A DNA stretch of 64,000 nucleotides from an uncultured Eubacteriales bacterium (lineage in GTDB: Bacteria; Bacillota; Clostridia; Christensenellales; UBA1242). A program made the translations under genes and the position numbers. The notes beneath the pieces were generated by a model. It made no database searches. It worked only from the letters and a program-made list of their open reading frames with translations, and was not told the DNA's origin. This document shows positions 38,671 to 47,536 of this stretch, piece by piece. Every line of letters begins with the position of its first letter. Positions within the stretch are counted from its first letter, which is position 1. The stretch is from contig CASDSK010000038.1 of the NCBI GenBank assembly GCA_949283525.1, positions 30,970 to 94,969 of the forward strand. The letters run 5' to 3'.

Positions 38671-39372
38671 TTATAATTTTATTAAATCATAAAAATCATT
38701 TGGATTTAAACTTGCACCACCTACTAAAAATCCATCTAGACTGTCTATATTCTTAAATTCTTTGATGTTTCCTTTATTTACACTACCACCATATAAAACA
38801 TTTATATTAATATTAAATTTTTTTGAAAATAAATTTTTTATAAAATTTACAACTCTAGTTATATCATCTGTTGTCGGGGTAATGCCTGTCCCAATTGCCC
38901 ACACTGGTTCATACGCTACAATAAGTTTATCGATTTTATCTAATTCACTAATTGCACTCATTATTTGCTGTTCAATTATTTCAAAACATTTTTCACGTTC
39001 TTGTATTTTTTCGCCAACACAAAGCACTTTAAACACATTATAAGATTCCAAAAGTTTTATTTTTTTTGTAATAATTTCATTAGTTTCACCAAAAATATTT
39101 CTTCTTTCGCTATGCCCCACTAAAACATATTTTACTCCTAAATCACAAATTTGCTCAATACTTGTTTCACCTGTATAGGCACCAAACTTAACTTCTGCAA
39201 CATTTTGTGCACCTATATTATAATTAGAAAATTCTACTGCAGATTGAATTAATGGAGAAGAAACAAAGAAACATACTTCGTCATATATTGTGTCAAATTT
39301 ATTAAATTTTTGAAAATAATCTTGTAGTTCCTTAACGGTTTTGTTTAATTTAAAATTAGCAAAATATTTCAT
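38671..39372 (-). CDS. tpiA: triosephosphate isomerase
   Basis: VGHSERR and AYEPVWAIGTG. Confidence 0.9.
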   Translation of the reverse strand: MKYFANFKLNKTVKELQDYFQKFNKFDTIYDEVCFFVSSPLIQSAVEFSNYNIGAQNVAEVKFGAYTGETSIEQICDLGVKYVLVGHSERRNIFGETNEIITKKIKLLESYNVFKVLCVGEKIQEREKCFEIIEQQIMSAISELDKIDKLIVAYEPVWAIGTGITPTTDDITRVVNFIKNLFSKKFNININVLYGGSVNKGNIKEFKNIDSLDGFLVGGASLNPNDFYDLIKL

Positions 39373-39375
39373 ACA

Positions 39376-40566
39376 TTATTCCTTATCTTTGAGATTAACA
39401 AGCCCAGCCAATTCACTTCCTTCAAGCATAGCCAATGATGCACCACCACCTGTAGATACAAAATAAAAATCTTTTTCTAAATCAAAATTTCTAACTGCAG
39501 CAGCACTATCACCACCACCAACTACCATAATATTTTTATTCTCTGCCATAGCCTTAGCAATAGCCTGCGTTCCTTTAGAGAAACGTTTATATTCAAACAC
39601 ACCCATTGGACCATTCCAGTAAGCCATTTTGGCTTGAGAAATTACTTTAGAAAATAATTTAATTGTCTTAGGTCCAATATCCATACCTATTCCATCTTGT
39701 GGAAATTTAGCATTTGTATAAGTATCGTAATCAGCCAAAAATGAAAACTCTTTAGCAACTAGATGGTCAATTGGCAAATATATTTTAACTTTTTTGTTTT
39801 CTGCCTTTTCAAGTAATAACTTAGCATACTCTATTTTTGACTCGTCAACTTTACTCTTCCCTACATTATAACCTTCTGCACTTAAGAAAGTATAAGCCAT
39901 TGCACCACCTATAATTATGCAATCTACTTTATCTATTAGACTAGAAATTAGTTTAATTTTATCGCTAACTTTAGCCCCACCTAAAACTGCAACAAAAGGT
40001 CTTTGAGGTTCATTAATTAATTTAGTGAAAACTTCCACTTCTTTCGCCATTAACAAACCACAATAAGAAGGGATAAATTTTGTAACGCCGGCTATAGATG
40101 CGTGAGCTCTGTGTGCTGTTCCAAATGCATCGTCGCAATAAATATCTGCTAAATTTGCTAATTTCTTTGAAAATTCTTCATCATTTTTTTCTTCTTCAGG
40201 ATAAAAACGTATATTTTCTAATACCATTATGTCCCCATTTTTCATTGTTCTTAACATTTTCTGCATATGCTCAGAAAATAATTCCGTTTCAAACAATATG
40301 GGTTTATTTAGCAATTCTTTTAATTTTTCAACTACAGGTGCCAAAGAAAATTCAGGTTTTACTTTACCTTCCGGTCTTCCTAAATGTGAAACTATTATAA
40401 TTTTCGCACCTTTTTCCATCAAAAATTTTATAGTTGGCAATGCTTCAATAATTTTTTTGTCGTCAGAAATAACACCATTTTTATTAATTGGAACATTAAA
40501 ATCTTCTCTTAACAATACTTTTGTTCCTTCGAGATATTTATAATCAGTTATACTTGCTTTGTTCAT
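39376..40566 (-). CDS. pgk: phosphoglycerate kinase
   Basis: REDFNVP and VGGGDSAAAV. Start moved to the ATG behind GGAGT (track start 40605 would overlap the upstream gene). Confidence 0.95.
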   Translation of the reverse strand: MNKASITDYKYLEGTKVLLREDFNVPINKNGVISDDKKIIEALPTIKFLMEKGAKIIIVSHLGRPEGKVKPEFSLAPVVEKLKELLNKPILFETELFSEHMQKMLRTMKNGDIMVLENIRFYPEEEKNDEEFSKKLANLADIYCDDAFGTAHRAHASIAGVTKFIPSYCGLLMAKEVEVFTKLINEPQRPFVAVLGGAKVSDKIKLISSLIDKVDCIIIGGAMAYTFLSAEGYNVGKSKVDESKIEYAKLLLEKAENKKVKIYLPIDHLVAKEFSFLADYDTYTNAKFPQDGIGMDIGPKTIKLFSKVISQAKMAYWNGPMGVFEYKRFSKGTQAIAKAMAENKNIMVVGGGDSAAAVRNFDLEKDFYFVSTGGGASLAMLEGSELAGLVNLKDKE

Positions 40567-40579
40567 TTTATACTCCTTA

Positions 40580-42214
40580 TTAACAAATTTTAACGATTTG
40601 ACCATTGATGTAATTAATTATGTTTTCTAATGCTTGTATAATATAGAATAAATCTTCAAATTCTTGCATTCGATGTTTTTTGTTTTGTTTTGTTTTTGAT
40701 TTTACATCAAATCTTCTATATAATAACTTTCTAGTTTGAATTTTTAACAATGCTAATTCTTTATCATATGAGAATTCATCTTCCAATTCAACTTCGATAT
40801 TATCCAAAAGTTCTTTTTCTTTTATTTCATAAATAATCTCATATCCCTTGCTAATTTTTTGTATTAGTTTAAAATGCTCTCTAACACATTCTTTTTCGGC
40901 ATCAGTAAATTTTTTCATCTCATATGCTTTATTCATTACATTTAAACTTAATTCAGCGATATGTTCTGCTTCCAACAATGCACTACTATAATATTGTAAT
41001 GTTGGTAAATAATTAGACTCATCACTTACTTTAAGAATATTACTTTTAGTTTGCCCAATATTTGTACAAAATACATTTATTCTATTCAATAAATTTTGCT
41101 TTTTGCGTTTTGTTGGTTCTTTTAAATATGCTTCTACTTTCTCCAAAATATCTTTTTGCTCAATAGCCAATTCTTGCATACCCTTTAGAATTTGATGACT
41201 TACAATCGGCATATTGGAACTTAAATTTGGTTCAACAATGAAAATTTTTTGCTTCTCACTTTTATCCTTATCTGGAATTATTAAAATTAGCATTTTTGCT
41301 AGTGGTTTAATGAAGAATAAGTGCAAAAATGGATTAACTATATTCATAATTGATAACACTAAAACTATAATAAGAGATTCATTAGTTATGACATTATTAA
41401 GTGCTTGCGCTAGTGGCGTAAATGCTATAACTAAAGCCATAAGAATTGTTGTCGAAATAGATATATAAACATTAAATAACGCTGAACGCTTAGCATTAAC
41501 ATTAGATTTAAGACTTGCCAAAATTGATACAAAAGTAGTTCCAGTGTTTGCCCCTGCTAAAATGTAAAGCCCCGCAACTAAAGACATGGCATTATCACCA
41601 ATAGACATCAACGACACAATTAAGGCAGTTGTTCCCAAGCAATGCAAACCCATACCACATATTAACCCAATTAAAATTAACAAAAATGGATTAGTTAAAG
41701 AAGATATAAAATTTATTACATCAGGGTTTTGAGTTACTGCTTCCATACCAAGACTTGTCATTTTTAAACCACAAAACAATAAACCAAAACTAGTTAACGT
41801 TTTACCAATTTTTATTATTTGTGGATTTTTAGAAAATGAAAAAATCATAGCACCAATAAGTGTAAAAAGTCCAAAAAATTCTACTATATTGAAAGATTCA
41901 AAGCATAACAAGAATAAAACTATTGAAGACCCAAATTGAGCGCCCAAAAACAAAGGTAAAACTTGCATCAAAGTCAAAGCGCCAATATTTATTAACCCGA
42001 TATACATTATCGTAGAAACGGATGAACTTTGCACCAAAAAAGTACTGCCTATTCCTGACAAAAAGCCTATATATCTATTTCTTGATAATTTATTAATATT
42101 TCTTCTTATCGAACGACCTGCAACTGATTCTAACCCCTGCCCAACTCCTTGAATTCCATACAAAAGAACTCCTAAACCAGCTAACAAAAACAATAAACCA
42201 TAAAGCGCTTCCAT
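40580..42214 (-). CDS. Na/Pi cotransporter family protein with PhoU-like C-terminal domain
   Basis: N-terminal polytopic Na_Pi_cotrans-type repeats (GIGSTFLVQSSS, GANTGTT) and a helical C-terminal half. Confidence 0.75.
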   Translation of the reverse strand: MEALYGLLFLLAGLGVLLYGIQGVGQGLESVAGRSIRRNINKLSRNRYIGFLSGIGSTFLVQSSSVSTIMYIGLINIGALTLMQVLPLFLGAQFGSSIVLFLLCFESFNIVEFFGLFTLIGAMIFSFSKNPQIIKIGKTLTSFGLLFCGLKMTSLGMEAVTQNPDVINFISSLTNPFLLILIGLICGMGLHCLGTTALIVSLMSIGDNAMSLVAGLYILAGANTGTTFVSILASLKSNVNAKRSALFNVYISISTTILMALVIAFTPLAQALNNVITNESLIIVLVLSIMNIVNPFLHLFFIKPLAKMLILIIPDKDKSEKQKIFIVEPNLSSNMPIVSHQILKGMQELAIEQKDILEKVEAYLKEPTKRKKQNLLNRINVFCTNIGQTKSNILKVSDESNYLPTLQYYSSALLEAEHIAELSLNVMNKAYEMKKFTDAEKECVREHFKLIQKISKGYEIIYEIKEKELLDNIEVELEDEFSYDKELALLKIQTRKLLYRRFDVKSKTKQNKKHRMQEFEDLFYIIQALENIINYINGQIVKIC

Positions 42215-42340
42215 ACTTCTATTTTACCCTTATTGTTAGTATATATTTTTTTTTTTGTATAAAACAAGCAAATATGTACATATTTTCAAAATAAGTTAAA
42301 AAATAAAAATTCTCATACAAAATTGAAACATATTTAGTAT

Positions 42341-42369
42341 TTGACAAAGCAATAAAAAAATGCTATTAT
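42341..42369 (+). promoter_or_regulatory. sigma-A-type promoter placed for a leaderless dusB transcript
   Basis: TTGACA, a 17-nt spacer, then TGCTATTAT. The ATG lies 6 nt after the -10, with no SD. Confidence 0.55.
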
Positions 42370-42375
42370 GACTAT

Positions 42376-43293
42376 ATGTTAAATTTTAAATCTAATATAA
42401 TTTTAGCCCCTATGGCTGGATATACAGACAGTGCATTTAGAAAATTATGCACAGAATTTGGTGCTGGTTTGACCACTACAGAAATGGTGAGTGCTAAGGG
42501 ACTTTTGTATAATAATGTAAACACAAAAATGTTGTTGCTTCAAACAGGTGATAAGCCCAGTGCTGTGCAAATTTTTGGTAACGACCCAGACATAATGGCA
42601 GATGTTGTTGCGAGTGAAAGATTACAAAACTTTGATGTTATTGATATTAATATGGGTTGTCCTGTTCCTAAAATAGTCAAAAATAGCGAAGGAAGTGCCC
42701 TTCTATTAAATATGAAACTTGCTGAAAACATAATAAAGAAATGCGTCCAAAATAGTAGAAAGCCTATCTCAGTTAAATATAGAATAGGTTTTTATAAAAA
42801 TCAAGATATTTGTGTGGAATTTGGTAAAATGTGTGAAGGTGCCGGAGCAAGTTTTGTCACAATTCACGGAAGAACAAGAGAAGATTATTATAGTGGACAA
42901 GCGAAATTTGAAAGCATATTCAAAACTGCTGAACAAATTAAAATACCAGTTTTTGCTAATGGAGATATAAAGGATATTAAAGATTATAACTATATTATGA
43001 ATAACAGTAATGTTTATGGAGTTGCTATTGGTAGAGGAGCATTAGGAAATCCACAAATATTTAATTCATTACAAAACATAAAGCCTTTAGACAAAAAAGA
43101 AATTATTTTAAAACACTTATCATATCTTAAAGCGTATTTTGATGAATATTATGTATACACAAATTTTCGTAAACATTTAATATATTATATCAATGGGACG
43201 AAAAACGCTTGTGCAACAAGAAACCTTATTTTTACTTCAAAAACTATAGATGAAGCAGTTGAACACGCTTTATATGCTATAAACAACGGCTAA
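42376..43293 (+). CDS. dusB: tRNA-dihydrouridine synthase
   Basis: LAPMAGYTDSAFR, NMGCPVPKIVK, TIHGRT. Confidence 0.85.
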   Translation: MLNFKSNIILAPMAGYTDSAFRKLCTEFGAGLTTTEMVSAKGLLYNNVNTKMLLLQTGDKPSAVQIFGNDPDIMADVVASERLQNFDVIDINMGCPVPKIVKNSEGSALLLNMKLAENIIKKCVQNSRKPISVKYRIGFYKNQDICVEFGKMCEGAGASFVTIHGRTREDYYSGQAKFESIFKTAEQIKIPVFANGDIKDIKDYNYIMNNSNVYGVAIGRGALGNPQIFNSLQNIKPLDKKEIILKHLSYLKAYFDEYYVYTNFRKHLIYYINGTKNACATRNLIFTSKTIDEAVEHALYAINNG

Positions 43294-43392
43294 AAAATAT
43301 AATAAATTTTATACTTAATTATAAAAAGGACTATATTCATTTAATTATCACTAATAAGTTTACTTCACAATAAATTCATTTTTTAACAAATA

Positions 43393-43430
43393 AAATAAGA
43401 CTGTAAATATAATTATCTACAGTCTTATTT
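43393..43430. terminator. bidirectional hairpin terminator between dusB and hup
   Basis: AAATAAGACTGTA-loop-TACAGTCTTATTT. Confidence 0.7.
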
Positions 43431-43448
43431 GTATAATCTATATTTTAA

Positions 43449-43721
43449 TTATTGAATATCTTCTTTAAATTTCTTTCCTGCTTTAAATGAAGGTGCTTTG
43501 CAAGCTGATATTTCAATAGATTCGCCTGTTCTAGGGTTTACACCTTGTCTAGCTTCTCTACTGCGTACTTCCCATTTACCAATTCCAGAAATGGAAACAT
43601 CATCACCATTTTTTAAAGCTTCTGCTAAAACTTCATAGCAAGCCTCTAAAATTTCTCCACAGTCTTTTTTGCTGATACCAGTTTTGTTAGAAACTGCATC
43701 AATAAATTCTTGTTTATTCAT
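43449..43721 (-). CDS. hup: DNA-binding protein HU
   Basis: MNKQEFIDAV...GIGKWEVRSREARQGVNPRTGESIEISACKAPSFKAGKKFK. Confidence 0.9.
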   Translation of the reverse strand: MNKQEFIDAVSNKTGISKKDCGEILEACYEVLAEALKNGDDVSISGIGKWEVRSREARQGVNPRTGESIEISACKAPSFKAGKKFKEDIQ

Positions 43722-43812
43722 ATAATTAATCTCCTTGTTTAAATTTACAAGTTGATTATATCATAAAACACAATACAAAGTCTAGCATTTTGAGGTGTTT
43801 TAATTAAAAAAT

Positions 43813-44085
43813 TTATGCTACTTCATTTTTTAATTTAATTCCACTTTTGAAAATTGGAACTCTTTTTGCGTTATGTTTATCAAATCTTTTTTGAATAGGA
43901 TTGTAAACCATTCTTGCTTTTCTTTCAACTACTCTAAAGCAACCAAAGTTTATTAAGTTTACACTATCTCCCCTTTTTAACGCTTCCACAATGATGTTTT
44001 GAAATTCTTCAATAGCGTTTTTACTTTCTTTTAGTGTAAGATTAGTTTTTTTTGATAATTCTTCAATCAAGGTTCTTTTATTCAT
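43813..44085 (-). CDS. divergent HU/IHF-like DNA-binding protein (second paralog)
   Basis: MNKRTLIEELSKK...NFGCFRVVERKARMVYNPIQKRFDKHNAKRVPIFKSGIKLK. Start moved to the ATG behind GGAGG (track start 44097). Confidence 0.7.
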   Translation of the reverse strand: MNKRTLIEELSKKTNLTLKESKNAIEEFQNIIVEALKRGDSVNLINFGCFRVVERKARMVYNPIQKRFDKHNAKRVPIFKSGIKLKNEVA

Positions 44086-44138
44086 AATGTCCTCCAAATT
44101 AAGTTTTGACTAAATAAATTTTTATAAACATTAAATAA

Positions 44139-45707
44139 TTATATATCTTTTTTTCTTATAATTCTATTGGTAAATTCATAAATTTGTTGTATGTTATATT
44201 TTTCTCCATAAGTCATAATAGCATACACCAATAAATATATAATTCCACCACATACAAACATAAATGGCACCACTAATACACTATTTGATAATAAATACTT
44301 AACTAATCTCATAGTTGTAGCCATCATCACACTGGCTATAATAGGTAAAATTATGTCATACCTATAAGATAATTTTATCTTTACTTTTTTTAATAATACT
44401 CCAACATTTATTATCGAACAAATTAAATAACATACTAAAGAAGATATTATTGCCCCATATATGTTAACGTTTGGAATTAGAACTAACACTATTGTCAATA
44501 TAATTTTGATAGAACATCCAATAAAAAGACTGATAATAGGAATCTTAGATAAATTGATGGCTTGTAGAATAGTGGTAGATATTTGAACTATAGCAATAAA
44601 TAAAATACTGAAACTACCTATACTTAATAATTTTGATGCTACTTCAAATTCATTTATGCTTCCAATTTTTAATCCATTTCTAAAAAGAAAAGTAATTATA
44701 TCATAAGAAAAAAAATAGAAAATTATAACACAAGGTATAGCGATTAATAAAACTAAAGTAAATGCAGTACAACTTTTTTGCGACACTTCAACAAATTTGT
44801 TTTCATATTGCAATTTAGAAATAATAGGAATAGCCATAGTTGCGATAGACATAGACAAAACTACAGGTAAGTTTATTAATGAATTAACAACACCTGTTAA
44901 AATACCATACAAATTTGTGGCATCCTGAACAGAATAACCAATATGCTTTAATAAGTTAACTATCAAAAAACTATCTATGAGCAATGTGATTGGCATAATC
45001 ATACTACTAAAAGTGATAGGTAAAGCAATTTTTAATATGTTCGAAATTCTTATATTGCTTTTATGCTTACTCGTTATAACTAAGTTTTTTTTATAATAAA
45101 AAATAAATTCTATAAAAATAATTATTAAAGCAAAAAGTTCGCTAATAGTTACTCCTATAACTGCACCTAATGCACCATAAACAACCCCTTTATTTATTAA
45201 TAATTTTGAAAACAATAAACCAAATAACAGTTTAAATGTTTGCTCAACAATTAATGATAATGATGTGGGTACTATATTTTGTTTACCTTGAAAAAAGCCT
45301 CTAAAGACCGATAAAATTCCAACAAAAATTATAGCTGGTGCAATTCCTAAATAAACTATTGCTATATCGCTATTACCCTGCATTATTGCTATTTGTTTAG
45401 AAAAAAGTATTAATATAATAGAAAAAACAATAGATAATAATGTAAAGAATATTAAAGAAAGTTTTAAGACAGTTTTACAATCATCATTATCTTTTGTAGC
45501 AATAATTTTAGCTATTGCATTTGGAACTCCTGTAGAGCAAAAAACAAGTATTACTGAATATAGTGGAAATATTAATTGATATAGCCCTAGCCCTTCAGCA
45601 CCTAAAATATTTGTTAAAGGAATTCGATAAATAGCTCCAATAATTTTAGCAAAAAAACTTGCCAATGTTAAAAATAGTGCACCAATAATAAAATTTTGTT
45701 TTTTCAT
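44139..45707 (-). CDS. MOP-superfamily flippase (SpoVB/MurJ-like)
   Basis: 522 aa, ~14 TM helices, N-terminus LASFFAKIIGAIYRIPLTNILGAEGLGLYQ typical of SpoVB/polysaccharide-biosynthesis flippases. Divergent from spoVT. Confidence 0.65.
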   Translation of the reverse strand: MKKQNFIIGALFLTLASFFAKIIGAIYRIPLTNILGAEGLGLYQLIFPLYSVILVFCSTGVPNAIAKIIATKDNDDCKTVLKLSLIFFTLLSIVFSIILILFSKQIAIMQGNSDIAIVYLGIAPAIIFVGILSVFRGFFQGKQNIVPTSLSLIVEQTFKLLFGLLFSKLLINKGVVYGALGAVIGVTISELFALIIIFIEFIFYYKKNLVITSKHKSNIRISNILKIALPITFSSMIMPITLLIDSFLIVNLLKHIGYSVQDATNLYGILTGVVNSLINLPVVLSMSIATMAIPIISKLQYENKFVEVSQKSCTAFTLVLLIAIPCVIIFYFFSYDIITFLFRNGLKIGSINEFEVASKLLSIGSFSILFIAIVQISTTILQAINLSKIPIISLFIGCSIKIILTIVLVLIPNVNIYGAIISSLVCYLICSIINVGVLLKKVKIKLSYRYDIILPIIASVMMATTMRLVKYLLSNSVLVVPFMFVCGGIIYLLVYAIMTYGEKYNIQQIYEFTNRIIRKKDI

Positions 45708-45817
45708 AAAAATATCTTATGCAATTTTATTTTTTTTATCAAATTACAAAAATTTAAAAAAAACAAGTATATTTTTTGAAATATAACAAAATCTATTTTA
45801 ACACATAGGAGAAGAAA

Positions 45818-46333
45818 ATGAAAAAATCAGGTTTGATAAGAAGAATAGATGAGTTAGGAAGAATTGTCATTCCAAAAGAAATAAGAAAAACATTACATAT
45901 TAAAGAAGGAACACCATTAGACATAATTGTTGAAAATGGCGAGTTAATAGTCCTAAAAAAATTTTCACCTATTAAAGAAATTGAAAACAACGCTTTTGTT
46001 TGTGCCGAAATTTTATATGATGAACTACAACAACCAGTTATAATAACTGACTTAGATAAAACTGTAGTTTCAGTAGGTTTAAAAATTAATCACGATAAAC
46101 TTAATCCCAAAATTATAAAATTATTTAATAATAGAAAATTACAAATAATAGAAAACTTTAATGATATAATTGTCGAAAACGAAACAACATCTCATAAAAA
46201 TATTATAATTTCTCCAATTATAATAGAAGGCGATATCTTAGGTAGTATCATTGTTGACTACAAAATTTTAGATAATACAGCGTTATCGAATATTAGACTT
46301 TGTACAAACTTAATTTCTAAATTAGCATATTAA
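45818..46333 (+). CDS. spoVT: stage V sporulation regulator SpoVT (AbrB-type N-terminal domain plus GAF-like C-terminal domain)
   Basis: GLIRRIDELGRIVIPKEIRKTLHIKEGTPLDIIV, 171 aa. Confidence 0.8.
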   Translation: MKKSGLIRRIDELGRIVIPKEIRKTLHIKEGTPLDIIVENGELIVLKKFSPIKEIENNAFVCAEILYDELQQPVIITDLDKTVVSVGLKINHDKLNPKIIKLFNNRKLQIIENFNDIIVENETTSHKNIIISPIIIEGDILGSIIVDYKILDNTALSNIRLCTNLISKLAY

Positions 46334-46364
46334 AAAAAACTTTTGAATTCAAAAGTTTTTTTTT
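46334..46364. terminator. perfect palindromic terminator
   Basis: AAAAAACTTTTGAATTCAAAAGTTTTTTTT. Confidence 0.7.
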
Positions 46365-46413
46365 AGAATACACTATATATATTGTATTATAAGAAAATAA
46401 TACACTAAATATT

Positions 46414-47523
46414 CTATATAATACCTTCAACAAATTCATTTGCGTTAAAAGGCACTAAATCATCCATTTGTTCACCCACACCTACAAATTTAACAGGAAT
46501 TTCAAATTCATTACAGATGCTTATTACAATACCACCTTTTGCTGAACCATCTAATTTAGTTAAAATTATACCATCTAAATCAACGGATTCATTAAATTCT
46601 TTAACTTGATTAACTGCATTTTGTCCTGTAGTTGCATCTATAACAATTAAGCGTTCAAATTGTGCTTCTTGCCAATTTTTTGTTGCAACACGATTAACTT
46701 TCGCTAATTCATCCATTAAATTTACTTTATTATGAAGTCTACCTGCTGTATCAACTAAAACAACATCAAAGCCTTTGGATTTCGCAAAACTAATTCCATC
46801 AAAAACAACACTAGCAGAATCTGCCCCTTCCGTTTGTTTAATAATTTTAACATCAACCTTTTTTGCCCATTCATTAAGTTGGTCACTCGCTGCAGCACGA
46901 AAAGTATCTCCTGCTACAACTACAACTTTCTTACCTAAAGACTTATAATAATAAGCTAATTTGGCTATGCTGGTTGTTTTACCAACACCATTAACTCCAA
47001 CAATAATACACACTTTTGGATATGAAATCTCTTGTTCATCTTTAGTAAGCATTTCAGAGATAACTTCTCTTAACTTTTCTTTAACTTCTTCTGCAGTTTT
47101 TATTTTCTCTTTTTTTATCTTAATTTTCATTTGTTCAATTATATCACAAGAAGTCTCTACGCCTAAATCAGAAGATATTAATATATCTTCTAAATCTTCA
47201 AAAAATTCTTCATTTATTTCACCTTTACCAAATATTTGGTCAATTTTAGCTGAAATAGAATCTTTTGTCTTTTTAAGTGCGTTTTTTATTTTTTTAAATA
47301 GTCCTACCTTCTCTTTTGTTTTTGAAGAATTGTCTATTTCTTGCATTGTTGTTAAATTTGTTTGATTAATACTATTTTCTGCAACTTCATTTTCAATAGA
47401 ATTAGAATTATTTACATTTAGATTACCATTTTTTTTCTCTTCTATCTTCTGCTTTTTTTTATTAATCTTTTCTTGCTTTAATTGTTCTTTAAGTGCTTTT
47501 TTTTCTAATCTACTTATTTTCAT
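46414..47523 (-). CDS. ftsY: signal recognition particle receptor
   Basis: GVNGVGKTT, DTAGR, TKLDG. Confidence 0.9.
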   Translation of the reverse strand: MKISRLEKKALKEQLKQEKINKKKQKIEEKKNGNLNVNNSNSIENEVAENSINQTNLTTMQEIDNSSKTKEKVGLFKKIKNALKKTKDSISAKIDQIFGKGEINEEFFEDLEDILISSDLGVETSCDIIEQMKIKIKKEKIKTAEEVKEKLREVISEMLTKDEQEISYPKVCIIVGVNGVGKTTSIAKLAYYYKSLGKKVVVVAGDTFRAAASDQLNEWAKKVDVKIIKQTEGADSASVVFDGISFAKSKGFDVVLVDTAGRLHNKVNLMDELAKVNRVATKNWQEAQFERLIVIDATTGQNAVNQVKEFNESVDLDGIILTKLDGSAKGGIVISICNEFEIPVKFVGVGEQMDDLVPFNANEFVEGII

Positions 47524-47536
47524 TAACTAAACTCCT

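Noticed and set aside
40098-40543. 100-aa and 104-aa plus-strand ORFs inside pgk. Similar short antisense ORFs occur inside priA, gatA, ligA, pcrA, comEC, holA, plsX, xseA and the PEP-utilising gene.
   Set aside because: All are embedded antisense to strongly supported genes and lack start signals.
46961-47365. 134-aa ORF antisense to ftsY.
   Set aside because: Antisense shadow ORF with Ser/Phe/Ile-rich nonsense composition.
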